NCBI GenBank assembly: GCA_963677595.1
Contig: OY782041.1
Location: 3,744,001-3,808,000, forward strand
Source of the DNA: Spirochaetia bacterium
GTDB taxonomy: Bacteria > Spirochaetota > Spirochaetia > CAKZLE01
Length of the DNA: 64,000 nt
Direction: 5' to 3'
This document shows, in pieces, positions 48,591 through 57,588 of the stretch. Position 1 is the first letter of the stretch, and the number at the start of each line of letters is the position of its first letter. The notes under the pieces were generated by a model, which made no database searches, had not been told where the DNA came from, and worked only from the letters and a program-made list of their open reading frames with translations. The position numbers and the translations under genes are program-made.

Positions 48591-50111
48591 ATGAGACGAC
48601 CTAAACCTTATTTTCTTATCGGGGCAGTGCTGGTCATACTGGTACTCGCCACGCTTACCTTGGGATCAGCTGGTACGAAGGAGACTCAGACTCCTCAGAC
48701 CAGCCTAGAACCGGTGACTGATGCCGAAATACAGCAGTTGGCGACCAGCGGCACCCAGGAGACAACGACAAAGACATCTGGAACCGGATCCATAGCACGG
48801 ATCGAGGAACTCCAGTACTCATTCAACCAGGTGGTAGAGCAGGTCCTCCCGACTGTCGTGGAGATCAACGTCACCGCGATCGAGGTGAGGCAGAACACCA
48901 TGCAGGGCTGGCCCTGGTTCTTTGACTCCAACCCCTACCAGGAGTATGAGTCGAACCGTCTCGGTTCAGGCGTCATCTTCCGGAAGGACGGCGATACCTA
49001 CTATATCCTGACGAACAACCATGTTGCCGGTGACTCCGAGAGTATCGAGGTAGTGCTCGATGACGAGCGGACCTATACAGCTGAACTGGTAGGTACCGAT
49101 GAACGGCGTGACCTGGCGATTGTCAGCTTCCAGTCTGACGAGCATGACATCCCGATCGCGACCCTCGGTTCTTCATCAGACATGAAGGTCGGAGACTGGG
49201 TCCTGGCCATGGGAAGCCCCTTCGGCTATGTCTCAAGCGTTACGGCAGGCATCGTGAGTGCCCTCGGCCGTTCCGGGCAGGAGATCAACAACATCAATGA
49301 CTTCATCCAGACGGATGCCGCGATCAATTCAGGGAACTCAGGCGGCCCGCTGGTCAATATCTACGGCGAGGTGGTCGGGATCAATACCTGGATCGCAGCC
49401 CCGTCAGGCGGCTCCATCGGCCTTGGCTTCTCCATACCGATCGATAATGCCAAGCTGATCATCGATGAACTCATCGAGTACGGCCAGGCAGTGGACGGCT
49501 GGCTCGGCATCTCCATGCTCGATATGGACCAGTATGCATCACTGCAGAACAATGATGAGAAGACTGCCGTCAAGGGAGTCTTCGTCGCGAACATCTACCT
49601 TGATTCCCCTGCCTACAAGGGCGGCCTTCGCGCCGGTGACATCATCACGGGATTCAATGATAAGGCCAACCTCGACTTAGAGAAGCTCTCCAGGTACATC
49701 AGCGATGCACCGCTCGGGGAGCCGCAGGTCTTCACGATCTACCGAGGCGGCAGCTACTACCATGCCAACGTCACCCTCGAGCAGAGAAAGAGCGATGAGG
49801 AGATATCGCAGTCCTCAGAGCTGCTGTGGCCGGGCATCCTGCCGATAGAGCTCAACGAGGAGATCCTCTCGTCACTCGGCCTGAGTGATTCTCAGGAAGG
49901 TGTCATGATCCAGCTGATCACCTCCACGAGCGAGCAGAACAGGTTCCAGCAGGCCGGGCTCAAGAACTATGACATCATTACCGAGATAAACGGCAGCAAG
50001 ATCACTTCCATCGAAGGGTTTTATGGTGTAATATCGGATGATACTGTATCGGACTATACCGTGACCTATATCAGGAACGGCAAGATTTACAAGATAGGAG
50101 TCAAGAAGTAG
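48591..50111 (+). CDS. htrA: HtrA/DegP-family serine protease with PDZ domains
   Basis: GSGVI, TNNHV, QTDAAINSGNSGGPL, two PDZ-like segments; N-terminal membrane anchor. Confidence 0.95.
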   Translation: MRRPKPYFLIGAVLVILVLATLTLGSAGTKETQTPQTSLEPVTDAEIQQLATSGTQETTTKTSGTGSIARIEELQYSFNQVVEQVLPTVVEINVTAIEVRQNTMQGWPWFFDSNPYQEYESNRLGSGVIFRKDGDTYYILTNNHVAGDSESIEVVLDDERTYTAELVGTDERRDLAIVSFQSDEHDIPIATLGSSSDMKVGDWVLAMGSPFGYVSSVTAGIVSALGRSGQEINNINDFIQTDAAINSGNSGGPLVNIYGEVVGINTWIAAPSGGSIGLGFSIPIDNAKLIIDELIEYGQAVDGWLGISMLDMDQYASLQNNDEKTAVKGVFVANIYLDSPAYKGGLRAGDIITGFNDKANLDLEKLSRYISDAPLGEPQVFTIYRGGSYYHANVTLEQRKSDEEISQSSELLWPGILPIELNEEILSSLGLSDSQEGVMIQLITSTSEQNRFQQAGLKNYDIITEINGSKITSIEGFYGVISDDTVSDYTVTYIRNGKIYKIGVKK

Positions 50112-50714
50112 ATGTCAAAGGATTTTGTTTCACCGACCATGCTGAGGGACAATGCGTTCAAGCTTGTCCATAAGATCTATTCAGAGGACGGGTTCGTCCC
50201 GGATATCATCTATACCCTGCTGAGAGGTGGAGCATACCTTGCCAATGTGTTCAGCGAGTACTACAAGCTGGTCACCCCCTACAAGACGCGGCCGGTCTTC
50301 TATGCGGCCGTCGTCGCACGCTCCTATACTGATGTGCGGGAGCAGTCCAAGGTCATGATCGACGGCTGGACCTACTCACCTGATTATCTTCGCTCCGGGG
50401 ACAAGATCCTCGTCGTCGATGATATCTTCGACACGGGGAAGACCATCAACAAGCTCGGCGAGGTCCTGATGGATAAGGGTATACCGAGGGAGGACCTCAA
50501 GATCGCTGTCCATGACTACAAGTACCCCACCTACAAGGAGCACCTCCCCCTGCAGCCTGACTACTACTGCCGCAAACACGTCATCGCATCCCCGGAAGAG
50601 GATTCCTGGATACATTACATGAACCATGAGTATATCGGGCTGAAGCCTGATGAGATCGATGCAGCCTATGAGGATCCCGAGGTACGGCAGATCCTCAAAT
50701 CGCTGATCAAATAG
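50112..50714 (+). CDS. Type I phosphoribosyltransferase-family protein
   Basis: LLRGG; PRPP loop ILVVDDIFDTGKTI. Confidence 0.88.
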   Translation: MSKDFVSPTMLRDNAFKLVHKIYSEDGFVPDIIYTLLRGGAYLANVFSEYYKLVTPYKTRPVFYAAVVARSYTDVREQSKVMIDGWTYSPDYLRSGDKILVVDDIFDTGKTINKLGEVLMDKGIPREDLKIAVHDYKYPTYKEHLPLQPDYYCRKHVIASPEEDSWIHYMNHEYIGLKPDEIDAAYEDPEVRQILKSLIK

Positions 50715-50738
50715 CCTTAGGCAGAAAAAGGTCCAAAA

Positions 50739-50781
50739 ATCAATAAAAAAGGAGTTCATGGTGAACTCCTTTTTTATTGAT
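50739..50781. terminator. Bidirectional intrinsic terminator
   Basis: Perfect 20-bp inverted repeat ATCAATAAAAAAGGAGTTCA-tgg-TGAACTCCTTTTTTATTGAT between convergent genes. Confidence 0.92.
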
Positions 50782-50795
50782 ACGCAGGCTTCTTC

Positions 50796-52013
50796 TTACG
50801 GGATGATCGTCGATACTGCATCCTCTGCAGTGGTCTCGAGGATGAAGCTCGTGGAAGTCGATGAGAGGAATTCCCAGTCCGCAGCACTTCCTGAATGGTC
50901 ATAGAAATCAAGGATCCTCGTCCCGGAGAGGGCATTGAAGTAGTTCCCTGATTGAGCCTCCACGGCTGCAGGGGTGATGGTTGGGGGATCATCGGTACTT
51001 GCGAGGAGGTCTGTCATATTGAGCTCGAAGAGCTCCTCATCACCGGCTACGAGGATGATGTCATCAGTCCCGTCGTTAACGAGTACCGTCGGAACACCGG
51101 AGGACCGGACGAGATCCTTGCCGGCACTGGTCTTGCCGATCGTGATGAGGTCATTCTCCTGGTCTGCAAGGATCGAGTCAGTATCAGCGGGAGTATTCAG
51201 GTCCCCGGACGGATCGAAGGAGAAGACGTTCCCGTCGTTAGTCATCAAGTAGAGGATATTGCTGTAGCTGAACCCGCCGATGAGGTGCTCGGTGAATTCG
51301 CTGTTGGTGATCTCAGTCAGTGCCGACAAGGTCCCTCCGGTATAGGTCGCATAGTAGGTGGTGATGGCAGTTCCATCATCTGCATTGATGAAGATATAGG
51401 AGGTGGATGTACCACTGTCATATACGGAGAAGGCGTTGGCTTTCACGGTGGAGTCAGCAGATGCCAGTGACGTGGTCAGTGTATGGGTGATAGCTCCCCC
51501 ATCAAGGGAAACCAGGACGTAATTGGTCCCATCATCATAGACAGCGAATGCAGCGGTATCATCGGTGAAGAGTGCTGATACCTTGACGCCTGCAACTGCA
51601 GGGGTCCCCAGCGCTGTCAGGTCACCGATCACGATATCTTTATCGAAGGTGTCCGCTGAGTTGTCATAGGTGTGGAGAGCGGCTGTCGTATCGGAGTCGA
51701 AGAGGGCGAAGTAGTAGTAATCGTTACAGAACTCAACATCGTTGATCAGCCCGTCGAGTGCGGTGACCTCATCCCAGAGAGCTGTATCATTGGTATAGAT
51801 CTTGTACTTGATGCTCTTCCCCATCCGAATGAAGAGATTGTCGCTTCCGTCTATCTGCAGGATGTTCTGTACGGCAGAATCAGAGTAGTCAGTGCTTGCA
51901 GTCTCCTCGGCAGCAGCCATGGAGAGGAAGATCCCTGCACCGTCCAGGTTGCAGGAGAGCAGGAAGAGGACCGTGATCAGGCTCAGCAGCAGTATGGTGG
52001 TAATTCGTTTCAT
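50796..52013 (-). CDS. Acidic D/T-rich lipoprotein of unknown function
   Basis: MKRITTILLLSLITVLFLLS-C lipobox; AGGAG ribosome-binding site; sequence looks beta-rich. Confidence 0.85.
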   Translation of the reverse strand: MKRITTILLLSLITVLFLLSCNLDGAGIFLSMAAAEETASTDYSDSAVQNILQIDGSDNLFIRMGKSIKYKIYTNDTALWDEVTALDGLINDVEFCNDYYYFALFDSDTTAALHTYDNSADTFDKDIVIGDLTALGTPAVAGVKVSALFTDDTAAFAVYDDGTNYVLVSLDGGAITHTLTTSLASADSTVKANAFSVYDSGTSTSYIFINADDGTAITTYYATYTGGTLSALTEITNSEFTEHLIGGFSYSNILYLMTNDGNVFSFDPSGDLNTPADTDSILADQENDLITIGKTSAGKDLVRSSGVPTVLVNDGTDDIILVAGDEELFELNMTDLLASTDDPPTITPAAVEAQSGNYFNALSGTRILDFYDHSGSAADWEFLSSTSTSFILETTAEDAVSTIIP

Positions 52014-52022
52014 AGTTCTCTC

Positions 52023-52640
52023 CTATTGCATGTATTGAAGGGCCAGGCGGACAGATGCACTGTTCATGTAGGCTGTCTTGTCAGCATTCGTGCCGGTGTA
52101 GAACTCCGGGACGAACCAGTAGTCTAGGTCGATCCCCACGCCCCAGTTCTCGTTGAAGTTCCAGAACACGCCGACCTGCGGCTTGAGGAAGATCGGGCTC
52201 AAGTAGGACTGGTCAGCGAACGAGTTGTAGACGACCCCGGCACCGAGTGAGATGGGGAGGTCGATCGTTCCCTGGCTCAGGTAGTAAGAGAGACTGGCCG
52301 AGAGGGGTACGGAGGTGTAGAGGTTGTTATCCTTCGCGTAGGCGAAGGTATAGCTGATCTCAGCCCCGAGTGAGACGTTATGGTTGAGGAATGCCTCGAA
52401 CCCCATGCCGGCATTGCCGCCGAAATAGGTGTTGTCCAATACGGGATCGAATCCCTCTGCAGGGCTCAGGACGAACAGCGGCCTGTACAGGCCGGCATCG
52501 AAGAAGAAGAGCTGGTCACCCGTATCATACCTGAAGGCAGCGGCTGGGTCAGCTTGATCGGTCTCTGCTGCAGCCAGGCTGAATGGGACCGTGAGAAGCA
52601 GTGCAGCAAGGACGAGAAGAGCGAGTTGTTTTGGCTTCAT
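52023..52640 (-). CDS. Small outer-membrane beta-barrel protein (TP0733/OmpW-like)
   Basis: Signal peptide from ATG 52640; about eight amphipathic aromatic strands (GDQLF, PISLGAG, LKPQVGVFWNF, YWFVPE); divergent from folD. Confidence 0.75.
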   Translation of the reverse strand: MKPKQLALLVLAALLLTVPFSLAAAETDQADPAAAFRYDTGDQLFFFDAGLYRPLFVLSPAEGFDPVLDNTYFGGNAGMGFEAFLNHNVSLGAEISYTFAYAKDNNLYTSVPLSASLSYYLSQGTIDLPISLGAGVVYNSFADQSYLSPIFLKPQVGVFWNFNENWGVGIDLDYWFVPEFYTGTNADKTAYMNSASVRLALQYMQ

Positions 52641-52815
52641 GAAGTAACCTTCCTTAACAAAATGACAATTGATAGTACCAAAAGATGTTGCATATATCAA
52701 TCAAAGATCCGAAACAGCCTCCAGAATTCTTCCAAAGATAATCGGGGTACTTTATATAGATAACAATTATCGATATAATTCGTTAAACTTTTTAGAAAAT
52801 ATCTGGAGAATTGAG

Positions 52816-53694
52816 ATGGGAACGATCATTGACGGAAAAAAGGTATCGCAGACGATAAAGGACGAGCTGAAAGCTGAGGTCGAGGCACTGGTCTCTTCAG
52901 AGGGGATCACCCCGGGACTGGCAGTGGTGCTCGTAGGTGAGGACCCGGCAAGCCAGTCCTATGTACGAGGGAAGAGAAAGACCTGCAAGGAGCTCGGCAT
53001 CCATGCACGGGATTATGACTTCCCGGTCGATACCACCGAGGATGAACTCCTTGGACTCATCGATGAGCTGAACCACGACGAACAGATCGACGGCATCCTC
53101 GTCCAGCTACCCCTGCCGAAGCATATCAACGAGGAGAAGGTGCTGCTCGCCATAGATGCTGCCAAGGACGTGGACGGTTTTCACCCCATGAGCATCGGGA
53201 AGATGGTCACCGGCATGGATACCTTCTACCCCTGTACACCCTACGGGATCATCAAGCTCCTCGAGTACTGTGACATCCCCACCGAGGGGAAGCATGTCTG
53301 CATCGTCGGGAGGAGCAACATCGTGGGGAAGCCGGTCGCAAACCTGCTGCTCCAGAAGCATAAGTTCGCTAATGCCACGGTAACAGTCTGCCATTCCCGT
53401 ACCCCAGACATCGGGTACCATACTCGCCAGGCCGATATCATCATCGCGGCAGTCGGGATCCCTGAGCTCATCACGGCAGACATGATCCGAGACGGCGCGG
53501 TCGTCATCGATGTCGGCGTGAACCGGGTCGATGACCCCTCAAAGAAACGCGGGTACCGACTCGTCGGGGATGTCAACTTCAGTGAAGTCTCAGAGAAGGC
53601 CTCATTCATCACCCCCGTTCCCGGAGGAGTGGGGCCGATGACGATCACCATGCTCATGTACAACACCATAAAGTCAGCGAAGAACAGGATCTAG
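52816..53694 (+). CDS. folD: Methylenetetrahydrofolate dehydrogenase/cyclohydrolase
   Basis: IIDGK, GILVQLPLP, KDVDGFHP, PCTP, GRSNIVGKP, TPVPGGVGPMT; ATG 52816 with GGAG site. Confidence 0.98.
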   Translation: MGTIIDGKKVSQTIKDELKAEVEALVSSEGITPGLAVVLVGEDPASQSYVRGKRKTCKELGIHARDYDFPVDTTEDELLGLIDELNHDEQIDGILVQLPLPKHINEEKVLLAIDAAKDVDGFHPMSIGKMVTGMDTFYPCTPYGIIKLLEYCDIPTEGKHVCIVGRSNIVGKPVANLLLQKHKFANATVTVCHSRTPDIGYHTRQADIIIAAVGIPELITADMIRDGAVVIDVGVNRVDDPSKKRGYRLVGDVNFSEVSEKASFITPVPGGVGPMTITMLMYNTIKSAKNRI

Positions 53695-55008
53695 ATGGAC
53701 CATAACGAAGAACACCGAAGCTATTTCATAGAGACCTACGGCTGCCAGATGAACATCGCCGAGTCCAATGTGCTCGATGCCGAGTTCCTCAAGCGGGGCT
53801 TTCGTGCGGCAAACTCACCCGAGGATGCCGATATCGTCATCCTCAACACCTGCTCGGTGCGAAAAACGGCTGAGAACAGGATCTGGGGCCGGCTCGGCTT
53901 CTACAAGCATCTCAAGCAGTCGAAGGACCTCAAGCTCATCATCACTGGCTGCATGGCTGAGCGGCTGAAAGAGGAGCTCATCGAGAAGGAACCGTCCGTC
54001 GACCTGGTCATCGGCACCAACGACAAGACCGATATCATCCATTTCCTCTCCCAAGACGATTCGGTAAGCGACGAGTACAGTTTCGCATCCTCCTACTACC
54101 GGGATGGCGAATACTCCGCCTTCGTCCCGATCATGAACGGCTGCAACAACTTCTGCGCCTACTGCATCGTCCCCTATGTACGGGGCAGGGAGATCTCCCG
54201 TAAGGCAGACGAGGTCGTTGAGGAGATCCGTTCCTTGACAGCGAAAGGAGTCAAGGAGGTTACGCTTCTCGGACAGAACGTCAATTCCTATGCCTACACC
54301 TGCGAGGATGGCTCCCAGGTCGATTTCCCAGCCTTGCTGCGCCGTATCATCGCTGAGGTGCCCGAACTCACCTGGCTCCGTTTCATGAGTGCCCACCCCA
54401 AGGACTTCCCTGATGAGCTCATCGAGCTCATCAGCAGGGAGCGGGCGATCTGCAGCCATATACACCTGCCCATGCAGAGCGGTTCGACGGGGATACTGAA
54501 AGCCATGAATAGGAAGTACGATGCCGATACCTATTACGGGATCATCGAGAGACTGAAGACTGCCGATTCGGAGATGACCTTCACCACCGACATCATGGTC
54601 GGATTCCCCGGGGAGCGTGAGGAGGACCTTGAGGACACCTTGGGCATGATGAGACGCTCAGGCTTCAGCGAGTCATATATGTACTACTACAACCCAAGGG
54701 AGGGTACTGCCTCCACCAGGCTGCCTGACCAGCTCGATGACCGTACCAAGCTCGCACGGCTGCAGCAGGTCATCGACCTGCAGCGGGAATTGACGAATGC
54801 ATACAAAAAAACCACTATGGGAAAGACAGTGACCGTTTTATGTGATAGCATATCTAAGAAGGATACCGAGGAGTTCGTTGGTCATACTGAGCATAACGAC
54901 AGGATCGTCTTCCCGAAGGACGACTCTGTATCCATCGGCGACATCGTAGAACTGAAGGTGACCGACGTGATCGGCACGACCTTACGAGGAGAGTACCATG
55001 TCTGTTAA
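53695..55008 (+). CDS. miaB: tRNA-2-methylthio-N6-isopentenyladenosine synthase MiaB
   Basis: TYGCQMN, NTCSVR, GCMAE, CNNFCAYC, TRAM domain. Confidence 0.95.
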   Translation: MDHNEEHRSYFIETYGCQMNIAESNVLDAEFLKRGFRAANSPEDADIVILNTCSVRKTAENRIWGRLGFYKHLKQSKDLKLIITGCMAERLKEELIEKEPSVDLVIGTNDKTDIIHFLSQDDSVSDEYSFASSYYRDGEYSAFVPIMNGCNNFCAYCIVPYVRGREISRKADEVVEEIRSLTAKGVKEVTLLGQNVNSYAYTCEDGSQVDFPALLRRIIAEVPELTWLRFMSAHPKDFPDELIELISRERAICSHIHLPMQSGSTGILKAMNRKYDADTYYGIIERLKTADSEMTFTTDIMVGFPGEREEDLEDTLGMMRRSGFSESYMYYYNPREGTASTRLPDQLDDRTKLARLQQVIDLQRELTNAYKKTTMGKTVTVLCDSISKKDTEEFVGHTEHNDRIVFPKDDSVSIGDIVELKVTDVIGTTLRGEYHVC

Positions 55009-55375
55009 GACCATACTGTATATCATAGCGGCAGCGATCCTGATCCTGTTCATCGCATTCAACCTCAACAACACCTCTGATATTTCCTTCATCTTCGCCA
55101 CCCTCGAGGAAGTACCGGTCTTCTTCACCGTTTTCATCTCCATCCTCATCGGCGTGCTCATCATGCTGCCCATGACGCTGACCGCACGCGCTGCCTCCCC
55201 GAAGAAGCCTAAGAAGGACAAGAAGAAGAAATCGACCCCGGAGGATGAGATCGCATCGATCGAGGCCATGCTCGAGGACCAGCCGGCACCTGAGCAGCCT
55301 AAGAAGCGGGGGTTACGGAAGAAAGAGAAGTACGGCGAGGCTGAGAAGGTCTCCGATACCGATATCAGGGAGTAG
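54998..55375 (+). CDS. LapA-family membrane protein with a charged tail
   Basis: Two TM helices (FIAFNLNN..DISF, VPVF), K/E-rich C-terminus. Confidence 0.75.
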   Translation: MSVKTILYIIAAAILILFIAFNLNNTSDISFIFATLEEVPVFFTVFISILIGVLIMLPMTLTARAASPKKPKKDKKKKSTPEDEIASIEAMLEDQPAPEQPKKRGLRKKEKYGEAEKVSDTDIRE

Positions 55376-55406
55376 GCACAGCCTGCTCACAGATCTGAGA
55401 TAGTCT

Positions 55407-55699
55407 TCACTTCATCAGCTTCAGGAGCTTGTCGAAGTCGCTCTCGAAGAGGCGGTCCTGGGTGATGCGGTATTTCTCGAATTCACTCTCAGCATATGCC
55501 TTAGCCAGTTCTGCAGTCACCTTACCATCCGCGGCAACTATTAAGTATTTCTTACTAGTTGCCTCACTCGTGAACTCTTTATCAGAATAGATCTGTTACA
55601 TGTGTTGGTTTACTGCTGGAACACTGAATCTTCTTCAAGTTCACTATCAGAATATACCTTCTTCAGATGGTACTGTACTGTATGAGTTTCCACGTCATA
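55407..55699 (-). pseudogene. rhuM: Mosaic, internally deleted rhuM-family gene remnant
   Basis: Manual translation: YDVETHTVQYHLKKVYSDSELEEDSV, frameshift, SVPAVNQHM*QIYSDKEFTSEATSKKYLIV-AADGK-VTAELAKAYAESEFEKYRITQDRLFESDFDKLLKLMK*. Family recognised from remembered motifs, not from a search. Confidence 0.8.
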
Positions 55700-55833
55700 C
55701 ACGCAGCAATTCTGTAGCTGCACAGAGCTGCATCTATCTGAAAAATCATACACATCACCTATCCTGCTGCAGCACAGGGGCATGGTATACTACCCATACA
55801 GCATGCTTGATCTTTTTCTAAAGGGGTATGCAC

Positions 55834-56016
55834 ATGAATTACAAAGTCCATCGCCTTGACGTGAAACGGGATACGATACAGATCGTCCTTGAGACCTACC
55901 TGAACCAGCTGCAGGGAGAGGTAGTATCTATCATCCCCGATGTACGGCCGGCGTTCAGTCCTATGGGCGCCACCGCAATAACTGACTTCCTGCTGATCGT
56001 CGAGAAGGTAGGCTGA
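55834..56016 (+). CDS. Small hypothetical protein, about 60 aa
   Basis: AAGGGG site; upstream TGgTATACT (55783-55791); YKVHRL...GEVVSIIP...DFLLIVEK; coding-like codon use. Start 55828 or 55834. Confidence 0.75.
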   Translation: MNYKVHRLDVKRDTIQIVLETYLNQLQGEVVSIIPDVRPAFSPMGATAITDFLLIVEKVG

Positions 56017-56039
56017 AATTCTCTCCTGTTCATGCAGTT

Positions 56040-56087
56040 TGTCGTGTACTTGCCCGAAGTTGTCATGCAGCTGTCAGGTGCATGACA
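56040..56087. promoter_or_regulatory. Putative operator array upstream of the HTH regulator
   Basis: Inverted repeat TGTCATGCA-N9-TGCATGACA (56061-56087); TGTCA-like pentamers at 56040, 56051, 56061, 56072 and 56083. Confidence 0.6.
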
Positions 56088-56138
56088 TGGTAATCCCAGC
56101 AGGAAGTGGTAGTCTTAGGGTATGTCAAGGAGGACATT

Positions 56139-56720
56139 ATGAAACAACCGGAACTTGGCAATATGGTTGCCGAACTAAGATTACAGAAAGGCCTTACCCA
56201 GGAGAGACTGGCAGAGGAGGCAGGGATAAGCGTACGGACCATCCAGCGCATCGAGAAGGGTGAGAGCCAGCCGGAGCTGTACAGCTTGAACAGGTTGAGT
56301 GAGATCTTGGGTCTTGATCTCGGAAGGGATACGGTATTCGATGTCTGGTTAGGTGCCCTGCACCTCAGTTCTGTTCTCTGCATCCTTGTGATCCCGCTTC
56401 TCATCTGGATCTACCGGAAGGGGAAGGACCCGCTGATCGAGAAGCATGGACGGGACGTGCTGAACTTCCAGATCACGGTCACTATCCTGCTGGTAGTCAC
56501 CGTGGTGTTCCTGCTCGCAAGCCCCCTGCTCATTGTCATGATCAATGAAGGCGGCTGGATCGAGCTGTCGGAGAAGACCATGATCGTGGTCAGCCTGGTA
56601 CCGGTAGCGATCCTGATCTGTATCGGGTTTCTCTGCTTCTTTACCGGGATCAGGAACACGCTGCGGGTGTTGAACAACAAACCGTACCATTATCCTATGA
56701 GCATACCGTTCCTCAGGTAA
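56139..56720 (+). CDS. XRE-type HTH regulator fused to a DUF4870 membrane domain
   Basis: LRLQKGLTQERLAEEAGISVRTIQRIEKGE; LHLS...PLLIW...HGRDVLNFQIT...YHYPMSIPFLR; AAGGAGG site. Confidence 0.9.
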   Translation: MKQPELGNMVAELRLQKGLTQERLAEEAGISVRTIQRIEKGESQPELYSLNRLSEILGLDLGRDTVFDVWLGALHLSSVLCILVIPLLIWIYRKGKDPLIEKHGRDVLNFQITVTILLVVTVVFLLASPLLIVMINEGGWIELSEKTMIVVSLVPVAILICIGFLCFFTGIRNTLRVLNNKPYHYPMSIPFLR

Positions 56721-56726
56721 GGTATA

Positions 56727-57497
56727 TCAAAGCTGTGAGTTCGCTTGCATGATCTCATGGAGCGATACCTCTTCGTTGCGGTACCGCTCCTGTCTATTAC
56801 GCTCGAACGAAACTGTGAGAGCCAGCTTCGGGCAGTGATGCACGCAGGCAAGGCAGAAGTCGCAGTCAGTCCCGAACGAGGGAGTCCCTTCGTGGAGGGT
56901 TATGTTCCGCTTCGGACAGACCCGCTCACAGATCCCGCACCGAATGCAGAGACCCGGGTCAAGCCTGAACCGGGATGGCTTATCTGAGACAGGGAGCATC
57001 CGGTATAGAGCATGTCCGAACACTGAAAGCGGTGACGGCTTCCTGATACTCTTTCGCCTGTTCTGTATATCCTTCACGATCCTGTCGAACTGCTCATCAA
57101 TGTGCTTATCCACGTTACACTGCTTACCTACATCGAACATTGGGAGGTAATTGTCGATCATCAACAGGCCTGTAGCGTAGTCGATGCTCACTCCATGCTT
57201 CCTGCAGTAGCCCGTGAACCAGATATCAGCATCTGCCAGGGCATTGCCGTAGGTCATGATGACGAAGATATAGCTGCATGCAATCTCTGCTCTCCTGATG
57301 AACTGTTTGACCGTACCGGCAGTCTCGAACCCGTAGGTGGGGATGACCAAGCCTACAGCATCTGAATCGTGGTAGTTGAGCTCCGGCTTCTGCAGTTCCT
57401 GCGGGATGGCATGCAGTTCCACTCCTGGTAGAGCATTAGCAAATCGCTTAGCGATCGAGAGGCAGTTCCCTGTGGCAGTATAATAGAAGATCTTCAT
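56727..57497 (-). CDS. EFR1-family flavodoxin-ferredoxin protein
   Basis: FYYTATGNCL, MIDNYLP, two 4Fe-4S motifs CIRCGICERVCP and CDFCLACVHHCP. Confidence 0.92.
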   Translation of the reverse strand: MKIFYYTATGNCLSIAKRFANALPGVELHAIPQELQKPELNYHDSDAVGLVIPTYGFETAGTVKQFIRRAEIACSYIFVIMTYGNALADADIWFTGYCRKHGVSIDYATGLLMIDNYLPMFDVGKQCNVDKHIDEQFDRIVKDIQNRRKSIRKPSPLSVFGHALYRMLPVSDKPSRFRLDPGLCIRCGICERVCPKRNITLHEGTPSFGTDCDFCLACVHHCPKLALTVSFERNRQERYRNEEVSLHEIMQANSQL

Positions 57498-57536
57498 GTG
57501 GTCACACCAGCGAATGGGGCTCCTTCATCATGATAC

Positions 57537-57580
57537 GAAGCCCTTCATACCGCATGATCTTCTGCTGTATGAAGGGCTTC
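57537..57580 (-). terminator. Hairpin immediately 3' of tmRNA (terminator or processing signal)
   Basis: 14-bp perfect arms GAAGCCCTTCATAC / GTATGAAGGGCTTC; no U tract. Confidence 0.6.
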
Positions 57581-57588
57581 ATCCGAAG

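Noticed and set aside
55600-55821. 73-aa plus-strand ORF
   Set aside because: It lies antisense to the rhuM remnant and over the promoter of the next gene, with no ribosome-binding site or coding-like composition.
55376-56140. Possible CRISPR array, integron cassette or att site in the accessory islet
   Set aside because: No equal-length repeat-spacer units, no recognisable attC structure, no cas or integrase gene, and no duplicated ssrA end.
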